A stretch of 64,000 bases of DNA from Candidatus Pacearchaeota archaeon UBA73 (GCA_002496015.1 DAIF01000001.1:8752-72751), one strand, 5' to 3'; numbered from the stretch's first letter, positions 27,004 through 37,439 are shown. The notes: generated from the sequence alone by a model not told the origin. A program made the numbers and translations.

Positions 27004-29796
27004 CTATAAATTGGGTCGTTTAATAAATCTTGTGTCTATCGGGCGCCCTCCTTGCTGTTTTTCTAATTCTTTTCTCACCTTTCTGTTTTCTGCAAACTTG
27101 AACAATGGTATCTCCCACATGCCGGTTCTTTTTCCTTCCAGTTTCCTGAACGCATAAGTTATCTGTTCCGAAGTCCACTTCCGCCCACGAAGCGTTTCTT
27201 TTATTGCTGTATCTTTTAGTCCATTCCTTCTGGAGTTGTAGATGAAGTTCAATAAGTTATACAAGTCATTCGAGTTCGGGAAAAGGTGTTTCTCATAATT
27301 ATGTTTGTACCACCATTGTAACAAGAGATAAACCGCTAGAAAGAAAACAAGTATGATGGATAGGCTTATCAGAAACCTTCTCCAAAGAAAATTTCCCTCG
27401 GGATCGCAATTCTCTAACCAACATTTTATAATCGGTCTTGTGTCAATTCCTAAGCTGGAAGGCGGCGGCGAGATATACACACCAAGATTCATTATCCCCG
27501 GAGAACTCGCTCCAACAATCGCGAATTCCGCACTCGTTATCGGCTCCATCTTTATTTCAGCATACGTCCCCCCACTGACACTCGTCTCTCTGAACCTATC
27601 TCCACCGGAAATAAATGTTAATGCATTCTTGGGATATCCTATAACTAAGTACGCAGAATCTGTTTCAGGATCTTTTTTCTCGACAAGAGTTATTTTATAA
27701 GTCTTAAGTATCTCTGTTTCTTGAATCTCGTTTTTCGCAGAGATTGCTTCAAAAGTTATCTGCACATCATAATGTTCCATCATCCAGCCGAACACACTCG
27801 CTTTTAATTCGTCTTCATCAGGCGGCACTTCATCAATCCCTGCTATTTCCATAACATGCGCCATATTAGCCTTTTCATATCCTATTTCTGCCGGCAGAGT
27901 CCCGGTGGCGCTTGTATAAACAGAACTTGGCAGATCAATGCTTAATAAGTCATCTATGATTGAGATGTAACTGCTCTCCGGAGCATTTTCACTCAATGCT
28001 TCAAACTCCTGTTTCTTAGATTGAATAAAAGATTTTTTGGTTTCAATTCCTAACGCGCTGGATAAGATAGTTCTCACTGCAGTTGGATACGTGCTTATAT
28101 CTGATTCTAAGTTTGCTATCCTCGCTTCATAATCTCTCAGGATAAGACTCGCAGAGGTCTTGGCTTCTCCGACTATTACTGTGAACCTTTTCGTTGAATT
28201 TAAGCCAGAACCCCTCACAAGGGTCACTTTGACAGCGTATTCTCCGTCTGATTCAAAGGTATGCTTCACACTTGTCCCTTGAACTGTGATAGGAGACGCG
28301 CCATCTCCAAATTCCCAAATCGAGTGGGTGACATTGACTGCCGACCTCGCCGTGAAAATAGTCTCTCTGCCGATGTATGCAAATCTCGGTGTGACTTCGA
28401 AAGAAAATCCTATGTCCACATCAATAATCTTTTCAATAACTTCTTCTCCTCCTAAAAACAATCTGAACGTATGTTTTCCATCCTCATTTGGGACTTTGAA
28501 ATCCATTTCTTCTACAGGTATCATCGTCCAACCAGTGCTTACTCTTGCAGGCCTTTCTCGTAGTTCATATATCATCGCAGGGTTTTGACTCCGCCTAGTC
28601 CCCGATCCAATTCTATATCCCAATTTTCCGCCATACAATAATTGCCCTTCAGCAGGCATGCCCCAGATGCTGAATGGAATTACGCAACCATCTTCGCCAG
28701 AGCAATTCATACCATAGGTATAGTTAAGGTACTCTGCCACGTCATCTCTCAGATTTCGGTCTGTTATGGTTTCATAGGTATTTCTGTCAAACCTGACATA
28801 ACTTACGCTCTCAAAACCCCTCGGCTTGATAAACAAATCAAAATCTAATTCAAAATCGTCCTTCGATACTCTATCTCCAGGTTCAAACACTAATCCGCAA
28901 GTCTCTCTGTCATCCTCATTTGTATTTATCGTGAAATAGTCAGCAAATCTTTCCTCAGTATAAACACAGACAAGAGCGTCAAATTTCTCGAGCGCAGAGT
29001 GATTTATCACTACAGGAAATTCCGTGCCTACTGAAAGAGGCAGCCCATTTAACCACCCCCCGCCGTAAGCGTCTCCCCCGTCCAAGGGGTACATTGCAAA
29101 TGCTAAATTACCTCCGCTCTTAAGAACATTAATCTTCCCTCCAATTTCATACGATGCCGCAGGAGGAATGTCTTTCATATACTCACAATACAACTCTCTG
29201 CCTATCGGTACATCTCCTTCCGAATCTTCTTCGTCAAAGCATCCACGATTTTTCAAGGTTATCGGATAAAAGACACTTCCGCAGGTTAAAGAACCGGCGC
29301 GGGGTTTTGTGTTGTAATAATCTATTTTACCATCGTCAAACAAATCAATATATATCTGATTCCAACAGGTTTGGCTTACATAGACATCAACCCAAAATTC
29401 CAACTCGTCAAAGTTTGATACGATTCTGTCAGACTCTTTTATTCTAAAACCATAAGTTCTCTTCTCTTCGCCCAACGTTATTCTCTTAGCAGTCTCTCCG
29501 TTTAGTGCAGCATAATAACTTAGGCAACTTACAGGATCGCAAGTATAAGCACTTCCTTTTGTCAGATTCATCGCATTAAAAACATCAAGCAGCCTTATTT
29601 TCTGGTCATTTAAGCTATTAGTGAAATAGACATTTTCTTGTCTGTCAAAGCTCATATTCAAAATGCCTGAAACCACATCCCCTTCTAGGTAATTTCCATC
29701 GATATAAGAAGAGTTTTTTCTGATTGAGAAATCAGCAGCGCTGACTAAGCTTACTGCCAAAAAAAATCCGACTAAAAATAAACTTCCTTTCTTCAT
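27004..29796 (-). CDS. Large secreted surface protein with C-terminal TM anchor and cytoplasmic tail
   Basis: 930 aa. Signal peptide MKKGSLFLVGFFLAVSLVSA; TM FLISLSIILVFFLAVYLLLQWW near the C-terminus. Confidence 0.6.
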   Translation of the reverse strand: MKKGSLFLVGFFLAVSLVSAADFSIRKNSSYIDGNYLEGDVVSGILNMSFDRQENVYFTNSLNDQKIRLLDVFNAMNLTKGSAYTCDPVSCLSYYAALNGETAKRITLGEEKRTYGFRIKESDRIVSNFDELEFWVDVYVSQTCWNQIYIDLFDDGKIDYYNTKPRAGSLTCGSVFYPITLKNRGCFDEEDSEGDVPIGRELYCEYMKDIPPAASYEIGGKINVLKSGGNLAFAMYPLDGGDAYGGGWLNGLPLSVGTEFPVVINHSALEKFDALVCVYTEERFADYFTINTNEDDRETCGLVFEPGDRVSKDDFELDFDLFIKPRGFESVSYVRFDRNTYETITDRNLRDDVAEYLNYTYGMNCSGEDGCVIPFSIWGMPAEGQLLYGGKLGYRIGSGTRRSQNPAMIYELRERPARVSTGWTMIPVEEMDFKVPNEDGKHTFRLFLGGEEVIEKIIDVDIGFSFEVTPRFAYIGRETIFTARSAVNVTHSIWEFGDGASPITVQGTSVKHTFESDGEYAVKVTLVRGSGLNSTKRFTVIVGEAKTSASLILRDYEARIANLESDISTYPTAVRTILSSALGIETKKSFIQSKKQEFEALSENAPESSYISIIDDLLSIDLPSSVYTSATGTLPAEIGYEKANMAHVMEIAGIDEVPPDEDELKASVFGWMMEHYDVQITFEAISAKNEIQETEILKTYKITLVEKKDPETDSAYLVIGYPKNALTFISGGDRFRETSVSGGTYAEIKMEPITSAEFAIVGASSPGIMNLGVYISPPPSSLGIDTRPIIKCWLENCDPEGNFLWRRFLISLSIILVFFLAVYLLLQWWYKHNYEKHLFPNSNDLYNLLNFIYNSRRNGLKDTAIKETLRGRKWTSEQITYAFRKLEGKRTGMWEIPLFKFAENRKVRKELEKQQGGRPIDTRFIKRPNL

Positions 29797-31511
29797 TTTT
29801 TTCTCATGATAGCATAAATCAAAGTGATTAAAATCGCTGCCAAAACCAATCCAACTGTGCCAATAGCTGGCAGCTCAATAACTGTTGGACACTTAATTTG
29901 TGTTTCACAGGGCTGCCCGTCTCCGCAACCCACGTCACAGGTCCAAGTTTCTCCGGGAGGAATGGTCTTTGGCTCAACTCTCACTTTTCTAAATGGGCTG
30001 CTAGGCCCACAATCTTCCAAAACTGTGTAATCTGACCTACAGGTGCGAGTAGAATCGGATGCGGAATTAAAGTAAAAATAACACTCTCCATTGTTTTCAA
30101 TACCGTCGCCCTCATTCTCATCAAAAGCGCAACCCCATCCAGATAACGTCTCCCCGCCATATCCATTGTTCACTGGATCAGATGCACCAGGAACGCAGTC
30201 TTTCATGCAAAGCTCTCTCCTCATCGAATGATTTTTTACATCTCCAACCGACGGGTTTAGCGGATATACCTTGTTATAGTCCTGACAGCTACTTGGTGCT
30301 AACCAGTATTCTCCTTCCTGAAATTCAAACGGTTCATTATCATTACAGAAACCCCCGGAGCCGATACATCCGTCAAAATTGTAAGTACAACTTGAAGTGC
30401 AATTCAAAGTCCCACTTATATAGTCTCCTGCAGTTACGCAAGTCTCGCCCCCAAAATCGCACTCTCCTCCACTGCAATCACATTCTTCTCCTGCGAGCCG
30501 CTCCAATCTCCCATTGCCACATGCCGATTCGCTATTATCTTGCGGACTATCACAATCCAGATCCTCTCCATAATCTATATCCCCGTCGCCATCATTATCT
30601 CTCCCATCCTGACACTGCGAAGTACCGTCAGACTCGTTATTATCTCCAGGATTATAAGTAGATGGATTTGTCTGATCAGTCCAGCATCCTGGATCCAGAG
30701 AATCAGTTAATCCATCGCCATCATCGTCCATAGTATTGCTGCATTGTGCAAAGACGCACCCTGCAGAGTTGAACCGACATTCGTTCGGATGTTCTGGCGG
30801 AAAACATCCAAGAGTCCCGCCGGCAAACGGGCTGTCAGGTCTGAAGGTTGTGCAGTCTCTACCAGATAAATTGGTTCCATCGCACTCTTCGCCAATCTCA
30901 ATCACTCCATCTCCACAGACAGTAACACAATCCGGACAATTTGCTGGAGTTTCTCCGCGCTCTTCATATTCACAGATTCCGTTGTAATTGCATCTGCAAA
31001 TGAATTCCGAACGCGGCTTGCAACAAATTGAATAGTCATAATGTTTAGTAATTGCCAGATGAGCATTCGTATTTCCACTCAATGTGGTAATCATGCAATA
31101 ACCACTGCTTCCTGGCGCCTCATCGCAACTCTTCCCCCCCGTCTGTAAAAAACACTCGAGGTTTCCAAAACACACATCAGTATATTCTGACGTACTGCCA
31201 GCTGGTCCCTCAGCGTGCGCATCAGTAATGCCCGATAACCTCAGGACAGTATTGGTTCCATCGCATAAGTGGGGGTTGCCCCAAGACGGATAAACTCCTG
31301 AGAAATAATCATAGAAACAGATTTCATATGGATAACCTCCGCTCGCATTCCACTGTTCACCATGCGCATTTTGTAATGAACTTATCCTAAACAATCGCTG
31401 CTCACTGCTCGAACAATTTATCATCTCTATCGCGTTCACCCCATAGACAACAAAAAATATTCCTATTACGGCTAAAACTGAAAGGCGGATATACCCTCTT
31501 TTCATTACCAA
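29793..31511 (-). CDS. Cys-rich surface protein with CGDGxxxxxEECD repeats and Asp-rich (Ca-binding-like) repeats; C-terminal TM
   Basis: 572 aa. CGDGVIEIGEECDGTNLSGRDC; DDDGDGLTDSLDPGC; DGRDNDGDGDIDYGEDLDC. C-terminal LPAIGTVGLVLAAILITLIYAIMRKK. Confidence 0.6.
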   Translation of the reverse strand: MVMKRGYIRLSVLAVIGIFFVVYGVNAIEMINCSSSEQRLFRISSLQNAHGEQWNASGGYPYEICFYDYFSGVYPSWGNPHLCDGTNTVLRLSGITDAHAEGPAGSTSEYTDVCFGNLECFLQTGGKSCDEAPGSSGYCMITTLSGNTNAHLAITKHYDYSICCKPRSEFICRCNYNGICEYEERGETPANCPDCVTVCGDGVIEIGEECDGTNLSGRDCTTFRPDSPFAGGTLGCFPPEHPNECRFNSAGCVFAQCSNTMDDDGDGLTDSLDPGCWTDQTNPSTYNPGDNNESDGTSQCQDGRDNDGDGDIDYGEDLDCDSPQDNSESACGNGRLERLAGEECDCSGGECDFGGETCVTAGDYISGTLNCTSSCTYNFDGCIGSGGFCNDNEPFEFQEGEYWLAPSSCQDYNKVYPLNPSVGDVKNHSMRRELCMKDCVPGASDPVNNGYGGETLSGWGCAFDENEGDGIENNGECYFYFNSASDSTRTCRSDYTVLEDCGPSSPFRKVRVEPKTIPPGETWTCDVGCGDGQPCETQIKCPTVIELPAIGTVGLVLAAILITLIYAIMRKK

Positions 31512-31545
31512 CTCAATGAATCGAACTTTATAAAGCTTATCGGAA

Positions 31546-31974
31546 TCAAATCTCTTTTCTCCACATAAACACCTTTACTTTTTTTGGTTCGACGCTTTCA
31601 TTTTTTATGCTTCCACTTATTACTCTTTCTGAAGAGTATATGTCTTGTTCCGTGTTAGGATAAGGTTCAAGAAAACATACTTCTGTTAGGTTGCATATTT
31701 TCACCGAAATTTCAAACGCAGGGTTTTTAATTTTTGCCTCCAGCGCCAGTTTAAGCTGGTTCTCTAGCACTTCTTCATCTTCTCTCTCTGCGATTTTTTC
31801 TCTGAACGTCAAGTTTCTTGCTAGCTCGTCCATCAGGGGAGGCACTTCTCTGCCAATGTCTCTTCTTTCAGGAATATCTCTCTGAGCAGAGAGGAATACT
31901 AATGCTACTAATATTATTATGACTGCGACCGTGGCTTCAACAATTTTCAAAAATCCTCTTTTGTCCATTACCAT
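31546..31974 (-). CDS. Archaeal type IV pilin-like protein
   Basis: MVMDKRGFLKIVEATVAVIIILVALVFLSAQ: class III signal. Confidence 0.6.
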   Translation of the reverse strand: MVMDKRGFLKIVEATVAVIIILVALVFLSAQRDIPERRDIGREVPPLMDELARNLTFREKIAEREDEEVLENQLKLALEAKIKNPAFEISVKICNLTEVCFLEPYPNTEQDIYSSERVISGSIKNESVEPKKVKVFMWRKEI

Positions 31975-32684
31975 ACTTTCACGATTAGGTCTGCAAAAGT
32001 AACTGAGCCATCTTCTCGCAGAACCTCAACTCTTTTTTTCTCCGAAAATATTTCAAAATTATCCGGAATGGAATTTTCCGCAACTATCGAGTCTCCATTA
32101 TCAAACTCCAACGAAAATCCAAAATCTGCTCTGTCCGGTAGGTTGAAATTACTTTGGCTTTTCAAACCTCTGTAATCTGCATAATAAGCCTGATTTAGCA
32201 TTTTAAACTTTCTTTCAGAAATAACTTCTCTGGCTTCCGAGGAACCTATGCGATAGTATGTTTCATTGTGCTCCGCAGTTTCAGATAATGTGTCCTCTGA
32301 GAATTCCTCTCCAAAGACTACATAGATAAAGTCTTCCCCCACCCAGTTTTGAGAAGAGATATAAATTAATTCTCCGTTTGTCCCTCCTCTGGACGAATTT
32401 AAAATTCTCCCATCATACGTCAGAATAGTCGTATCCCCCGTCACTCCTGAGAAGTTCAGCGCTATCTCGCCGGACATTATTAGCGCACCATTGACATTCA
32501 CGGAAAAAAATTCTAAGCTGGTGCTCGTATTCTTTTCAATCTCCCTGAATGCATAGGAGATTGTTGTGCTCACAATCCTCGTGCCGTCTCCCGAATTAAA
32601 TAAATAAAGTCCGAAACCAACTGCAGTTATGAAAAGCACAAAAGATAATATTACCTCGATATGACTTATCCCTCTTTTCTTCAT
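31968..32684 (-). CDS. Archaeal type IV pilin-like protein (start refined to internal Met)
   Basis: ORF track gives 31968..33011, but the class III signal MKKRGISHIEVILSFVLFITAVGFGLYLF begins at residue 110. The upstream part overlaps the + strand methyltransferase gene. Confidence 0.55.
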   Translation of the reverse strand: MKKRGISHIEVILSFVLFITAVGFGLYLFNSGDGTRIVSTTISYAFREIEKNTSTSLEFFSVNVNGALIMSGEIALNFSGVTGDTTILTYDGRILNSSRGGTNGELIYISSQNWVGEDFIYVVFGEEFSEDTLSETAEHNETYYRIGSSEAREVISERKFKMLNQAYYADYRGLKSQSNFNLPDRADFGFSLEFDNGDSIVAENSIPDNFEIFSEKKRVEVLREDGSVTFADLIVKVW

Positions 32685-32735
32685 AACAAAAAGGCAGCTA
32701 ACTAGATTTATATACATTTTCTTACATCTTGTAAT

Positions 32736-33509
32736 ATGCTTCATGCCAAGATAAGACGCGAAATTATTCTCAAAATCAAGGAGAAAAGAGAACTCGCTGG
32801 TCTGGCAGACAGTGTAGTCGAAAATAATCTGGACGATTTTCTCAGAAAGAATAGGATTTCTCTCGCAGCTCTTTCCGAGAAAGAGAAAAAAATAATAGTA
32901 AAAGAAGTCAGAAGCACACTTCGGCTTCTCGCAGGAAGGTTTCGTAAGAGTGCGAAAAATAAGAATCATACAATTGACTTTGAGAACATCAACGAGCTTC
33001 TTCGCACCCACTCCTCAACAGCCGAAAGATTAAACTTCTATCCCAAATTCAAGGAAAAACTGCTTGAGATGAAGCCTGCCTCAATTCTAGACCTCGGCTG
33101 TGGTCTCAATCCAATCGCGCTCTCTCTCAAGGGAGTGGTTTACTATGCATCAGATATAAATATCAAAGACCTGTCTATTATCTCAGCTTACTTTAAGAAA
33201 CATCGCATAAAAGGCAAGACATTCGTTTTAGATTTACAAAAAATAGACTCTCCCTTACCAAATGCTGACGTTACTTTGTTATTGAAGTTGTTGGATGTGA
33301 TTGACCCAAAACATACGCTCTCAGAAAACATCCTTAATAAGATTCCATCTAAGAGAGTTATAGTGAGTTTCTCGACAAGAAAACTATCAGGTCGGAAAAT
33401 GAATTTCCCGCGCAGATACTGGTTTGAAAAACTTCTCTCAAAGCTTTATTACCATTACTACACGATCGAGACAGACAACGAGATATTCTACTTCATTACA
33501 AAACCCTAA
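32736..33509 (+). CDS. RmtB/ArmA (FmrO)-family 16S rRNA (guanine-N7) methyltransferase homolog
   Basis: 257 aa. HSSTAERL...ILDLGCGLNPIAL and VIVSFSTRKLSGRKMNFPRRYWFE resemble the aminoglycoside-resistance m7G1405 methyltransferases as recalled (HASTKERL...VLDIACGLNPLAL...AVSFPTRSLGGRGKGM..WFE). Recall-based. Confidence 0.55.
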   Translation: MLHAKIRREIILKIKEKRELAGLADSVVENNLDDFLRKNRISLAALSEKEKKIIVKEVRSTLRLLAGRFRKSAKNKNHTIDFENINELLRTHSSTAERLNFYPKFKEKLLEMKPASILDLGCGLNPIALSLKGVVYYASDINIKDLSIISAYFKKHRIKGKTFVLDLQKIDSPLPNADVTLLLKLLDVIDPKHTLSENILNKIPSKRVIVSFSTRKLSGRKMNFPRRYWFEKLLSKLYYHYYTIETDNEIFYFITKP

Positions 33510-34375
33510 GCTGCACCCAGAAACAACCTTGCACCGCTCGAGATTAAAAACGCTGCAATTACCATTATGAAAGAATGTTTAAGCCCGCTCTTTAAACTTC
33601 CCTCGGTCAATTTACCGACAACAAGTCCTATGAAAAACCCCTGCGTTATCAGTAGGTAAAGGAAAGGTGCGCTAAATTGCGAGGCGTCTATTTCTTGTCC
33701 TCCACCGCCAAAAATTCCTATTCCTAAATCCTGCCCCGTAGTCGAAATTCCTCCCAATCCTCCCGCCCCCGCAGTTAGTGGAATAATCTTGAATTCCATG
33801 ACAAGGATTATCCCAATGAATATGAAGAAGATTATATAACCCTGCACTATCAGCCCATACACTGCAGACTTCCTCTCTTTTTTCAGTTTCTCCACCTCAG
33901 CAATGGACTTCGCTGTCGAGTCAAGGATATAGTCTATGTCTCCTCCGGCTTTCTCAGCCTCTTTTATCAGACCAACTGCTCTTTTTACAACTACGCTGTC
34001 AATTTCCTTAGAGAATGTCTTGAGTGCCTCGCTCAGCGGAATACCTAATTCTATCTGATTAGACAATTTCTCTATATTGGGATTGAGAACTCCAAAATCC
34101 TTTCTCTTCATATTAACGATGGCTTTGCTTACAGGCGTACCGGCAGATACAGACTCAGCAAGATTCCTAGTGAACTCTAAGAACATTTCATTAGTTCTCT
34201 CAGACTTTCCGCTCTCAATCGCGATTCCAATGATGAACGGCAGCACAACAACCCCCAGTGCGATGCCTATAAGGAACAACAACATCTGTTGGTTGCTCCT
34301 GAAGAACGCAACATCCAGTGCTATGATTAATACTCCCGCGATTATTCCAAACCAGTGCATTTTTTTTAGTTTCAT
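33506..34375 (-). CDS. FlaJ/TadC-like pilus platform membrane protein, C-terminal half
   Basis: Polytopic membrane protein with a cytoplasmic T2SS-F-like segment (AESVSAGTPVSKAI...). Follows the N-terminal half, separated by a stop and 1 nt. Confidence 0.55.
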   Translation of the reverse strand: MKLKKMHWFGIIAGVLIIALDVAFFRSNQQMLLFLIGIALGVVVLPFIIGIAIESGKSERTNEMFLEFTRNLAESVSAGTPVSKAIVNMKRKDFGVLNPNIEKLSNQIELGIPLSEALKTFSKEIDSVVVKRAVGLIKEAEKAGGDIDYILDSTAKSIAEVEKLKKERKSAVYGLIVQGYIIFFIFIGIILVMEFKIIPLTAGAGGLGGISTTGQDLGIGIFGGGGQEIDASQFSAPFLYLLITQGFFIGLVVGKLTEGSLKSGLKHSFIMVIAAFLISSGARLFLGAA

Positions 34376-34376
34376 G

Positions 34377-35672
34377 TTAGTATGCCGGCTGCTTTATTTG
34401 CAAAAACACCAGGAATATGACATTTAAAACCGCGATGATTCCTACAGCCATAATGCTAAGCTGAGTGGGACCAAACCCCACATTCAATCCTGAAATTGCC
34501 ATCATAACTATCATCAATAAAAATACCATTGGCGCTGCAATGACAATGCTGATATAAATGTCAAGAAACGTTTCGACAAGTCTGGTGTATTTTTCTCTTT
34601 CTAATCTGTATGACAACAGAAGGCTCTCCGCTCTTTTCTCAAAATATTCCGACAAGTTCGCTCCGGATGTTATCGTTACTGAAAGCCCTGCGAACAGTTC
34701 GGCAAGCTTTTCACTCGGAGCAGTTTTTGCGGCATTGTTTAATGCAGTTGTCAGGTCATATCCGTAGAGATTTATCTGATTAAGCACCTTGCGTATTTCT
34801 TTCCTGAGGAAGGGATAATCTCTGCTCAATCCTATGATGCGGAAAATCTCTGTCGGCTCTATTCCCGCACCGGTAATCGCGCTCATATGAATAACTGCAA
34901 AAGGAAGTTCCTGATCAATCCTTGTTCCAAGAGATTTTTTCTCAGTTGAAGGATAATAATAAATCGCCAAAAACGTTAGGATAGGTATAGCTATTGGTAG
35001 CAAGATAAGTTTTGATGCGGCCGCAAGATACCCTGATGTTCTCAACTCCAAAAATGGCCATACTGGTATCGTGCTAAAAAACGTGAAGAACAGCCCCGCA
35101 AAAAACGCAACAACAAAAGCTATCAAAACAGTGAGATATATCATGGCGACATACGATTCAAATAAAATTTCCATATTTGCCTTTCGCAGGCTTTCACCAA
35201 GGTTCCGAAAGCTCCCCTTTCTTACAATCTTGCTAGCTGCGGAAAGAAAAAGCCGATTCGCTAATTTCAGATACCCCCTAGATGCCTTGAACTCCGTGAA
35301 CTTATCTTGCTCTTCTATGTCCCTCAGTTTTATTTTTCTCATGAAGTTATCGCTGATATTCAACTCCTTCAAGAATTTTGCTTTGTCCTTTGAGTGCAGC
35401 ACGACCTCTAATCCCGAGCCAAGTCCGCGGTATTTTACAAGCTCTAACTTCTTGTCCTTGCCCGAAGGGAGCTTCTTTGCCACTGAGATGTCTTTGAGAA
35501 GTGCCAGAGTGTTGTCATTTATTATCCTCATTCCTTCAACGATAGAATTTATCGCGCCGTCTAAAAGTTTCTTCTCATCGTCTGCAGCAGAGTCATATCG
35601 AGCAGCATAGCTCGCAATCTCTCTGAGCATAGATATTTCTGTTTCAATATTTTTCCTAAGCTCGTCTATCAT
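34377..35672 (-). CDS. FlaJ/TadC-like pilus platform membrane protein, N-terminal half
   Basis: 431 aa. Cytoplasmic T2SS-F-like domain followed by TM helices; typical platform partner of the FlaI/TadA ATPase. Confidence 0.55.
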   Translation of the reverse strand: MIDELRKNIETEISMLREIASYAARYDSAADDEKKLLDGAINSIVEGMRIINDNTLALLKDISVAKKLPSGKDKKLELVKYRGLGSGLEVVLHSKDKAKFLKELNISDNFMRKIKLRDIEEQDKFTEFKASRGYLKLANRLFLSAASKIVRKGSFRNLGESLRKANMEILFESYVAMIYLTVLIAFVVAFFAGLFFTFFSTIPVWPFLELRTSGYLAAASKLILLPIAIPILTFLAIYYYPSTEKKSLGTRIDQELPFAVIHMSAITGAGIEPTEIFRIIGLSRDYPFLRKEIRKVLNQINLYGYDLTTALNNAAKTAPSEKLAELFAGLSVTITSGANLSEYFEKRAESLLLSYRLEREKYTRLVETFLDIYISIVIAAPMVFLLMIVMMAISGLNVGFGPTQLSIMAVGIIAVLNVIFLVFLQIKQPAY

Positions 35673-35830
35673 AGCAAATCTTGAATCTGTTTCTGAAAAA
35701 TCATGATTTCTCGTTTTGCAGAATTCAACCTCTCAGCATCTTTGTTCCGCTCGGCAACAGCGAGCCTCTCTACAGCATCTTTCATGGCCGCCAAAAGCTG
35801 AGCTATGACTACAATATCCTCATTTTTCAT
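35669..35830 (-). CDS. Small ORF (53 aa) translationally coupled to the platform gene
   Basis: MKNEDIVVIAQLLAAMKDAVERLAVAERNKDAERLNSAKREIMIFQKQIQDLL. Its stop overlaps the start of 34377..35672 as ATGA. TATA-like tttatatag about 30 nt upstream. Manual translation. Confidence 0.3.
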   Translation of the reverse strand: MKNEDIVVIAQLLAAMKDAVERLAVAERNKDAERLNSAKREIMIFQKQIQDLL

Positions 35831-35909
35831 AAGCTAAAAAGAAAAATCTTGTTTATATAGTTTTCAATTTCTCTGGCTTCGCTAAAACCTCACTTGCGCT
35901 CAAGTTCAG

Positions 35910-37439
35910 TTATTCTCTTATCCCATATCTCTGCAACACTGCGACCGGATTTTTGTGAAACTCGTTCACCACCCACCCGACCTGGTCAAAATCAAATACT
36001 CCTTTGCGATAAAGCGTGTAAAGAAGTTTAGCGCGAGTTACCAAATCCTTGTATAGTTTATCAATAGGCGTTCCGGTGCGCATCGCAATTTTCTCAAGTA
36101 CCTTGCTCTGCTTCTTTGAATAAAAAATATCTTTTCCGGCATCCCACTTGAAAGGTGTATTCACAATCGCAGTTCCATCCGCATTTACATTCACTATCTC
36201 TACAATTTCTCTCACTTTTCTGGTCTCCTGTTTCCCGACGCGTGCATGCGTGGCAACAACTACACAATCTAATGTATTTACCAATGTGGGCGACAAACTG
36301 ATTGGTGGAGTTTGTAATCTTCTGATAAGCGTGTCAACAGAATCAGAGTGCATCGTGCTTATTGAAGAGTGTCCGGAAGCCATGCCCTGAAACAATACGA
36401 ATGCTTCTTTTCCTCTGACTTCTCCCACTATCAAATAGTCAGGAGTCTGCCTAAAAGAAGCTTTTAAAATTTCAAATAAATCTATCTCTCCAACCTTCCC
36501 AACTCCGATCGAAGTTCTCGCAACAGCCGGCAGCCAGTTTTCTCTGGGGAGATTAATCTCGCGGGTGTCCTCGATACTTACAACTCTCGCCTCCGGCGAA
36601 ATGAAAAATGCAAGTGCATTCAGCAAGGTAGTCTTACCTGATGCGGTTCCACCAGCAACGAGAATATTTGATTTATTCTCTATCAACAGCCAGAAATACG
36701 CGAGCATCTCCGGAGACAATGTATTCATCGCAATCAACTGAATCGGAGTCCAGGGAATCTTCGTGAATTTTCTTATTGTAAACGTGGGTCCGCGCGAAGA
36801 AACATCTTTAGTGTAAGTAGCATTAACTCTCGAACCGTCCGGCAGCGTTCCGTCAAGCAACGGCTGTGCATAAGAAACATACCTCCCGGTGCGCTGAGCT
36901 AATTTCTCTACAAAACTCGCGAGTTTGTCTATATCTCTGTAAACTATATTCGTTCTAAGATTTCTGAAAACCCTATGCACAATAAATATCGGTGTGTTCG
37001 CCCCATTGCATTCTATGTCCTCTATAAAATAATCTCGCAGCAAGGGATCTACTTCATTCAGTCCGATAAAATCTCTAAACAAGTAGTAGAATATCTTTTT
37101 GTAACTCTCAGAAGTTATCTTTATATTCAATTCGTCAATCAATAGTCTCGCAGTCTTGTCAATATAGTTCGTCGTGGCTTCAAGCGTGTTTTCAACAGCG
37201 ACGTTGACGTTTATTAGCTCTAGCATTGCCTCTTCGACCCTCGTAAGCAGAGCTTTCTCTTCTTCGGTGAGGATTGGTTCTTCAAGCTCATAAACTAGTT
37301 CATTGATTTTACTATCCCAAAATATATGTGCCGACGCATAAGGCGAAATTAGCATATACCTGACATCAACTCCCCTTTTATCTTTGTAACGTGGAATCGG
37401 CGGAACAGCCGGATTCAAGTTGATCTTTTCAACCATCAA
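35910..37439 (-). CDS. Type IV pilus/archaellum-type assembly ATPase (FlaI/TadA/GspE-VirB11 family)
   Basis: 509 aa. Walker A LVAGGTASGKTT; Walker B/Asp box IVGEVRG; His box. Confidence 0.8.
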   Translation of the reverse strand: MMVEKINLNPAVPPIPRYKDKRGVDVRYMLISPYASAHIFWDSKINELVYELEEPILTEEEKALLTRVEEAMLELINVNVAVENTLEATTNYIDKTARLLIDELNIKITSESYKKIFYYLFRDFIGLNEVDPLLRDYFIEDIECNGANTPIFIVHRVFRNLRTNIVYRDIDKLASFVEKLAQRTGRYVSYAQPLLDGTLPDGSRVNATYTKDVSSRGPTFTIRKFTKIPWTPIQLIAMNTLSPEMLAYFWLLIENKSNILVAGGTASGKTTLLNALAFFISPEARVVSIEDTREINLPRENWLPAVARTSIGVGKVGEIDLFEILKASFRQTPDYLIVGEVRGKEAFVLFQGMASGHSSISTMHSDSVDTLIRRLQTPPISLSPTLVNTLDCVVVATHARVGKQETRKVREIVEIVNVNADGTAIVNTPFKWDAGKDIFYSKKQSKVLEKIAMRTGTPIDKLYKDLVTRAKLLYTLYRKGVFDFDQVGWVVNEFHKNPVAVLQRYGIRE

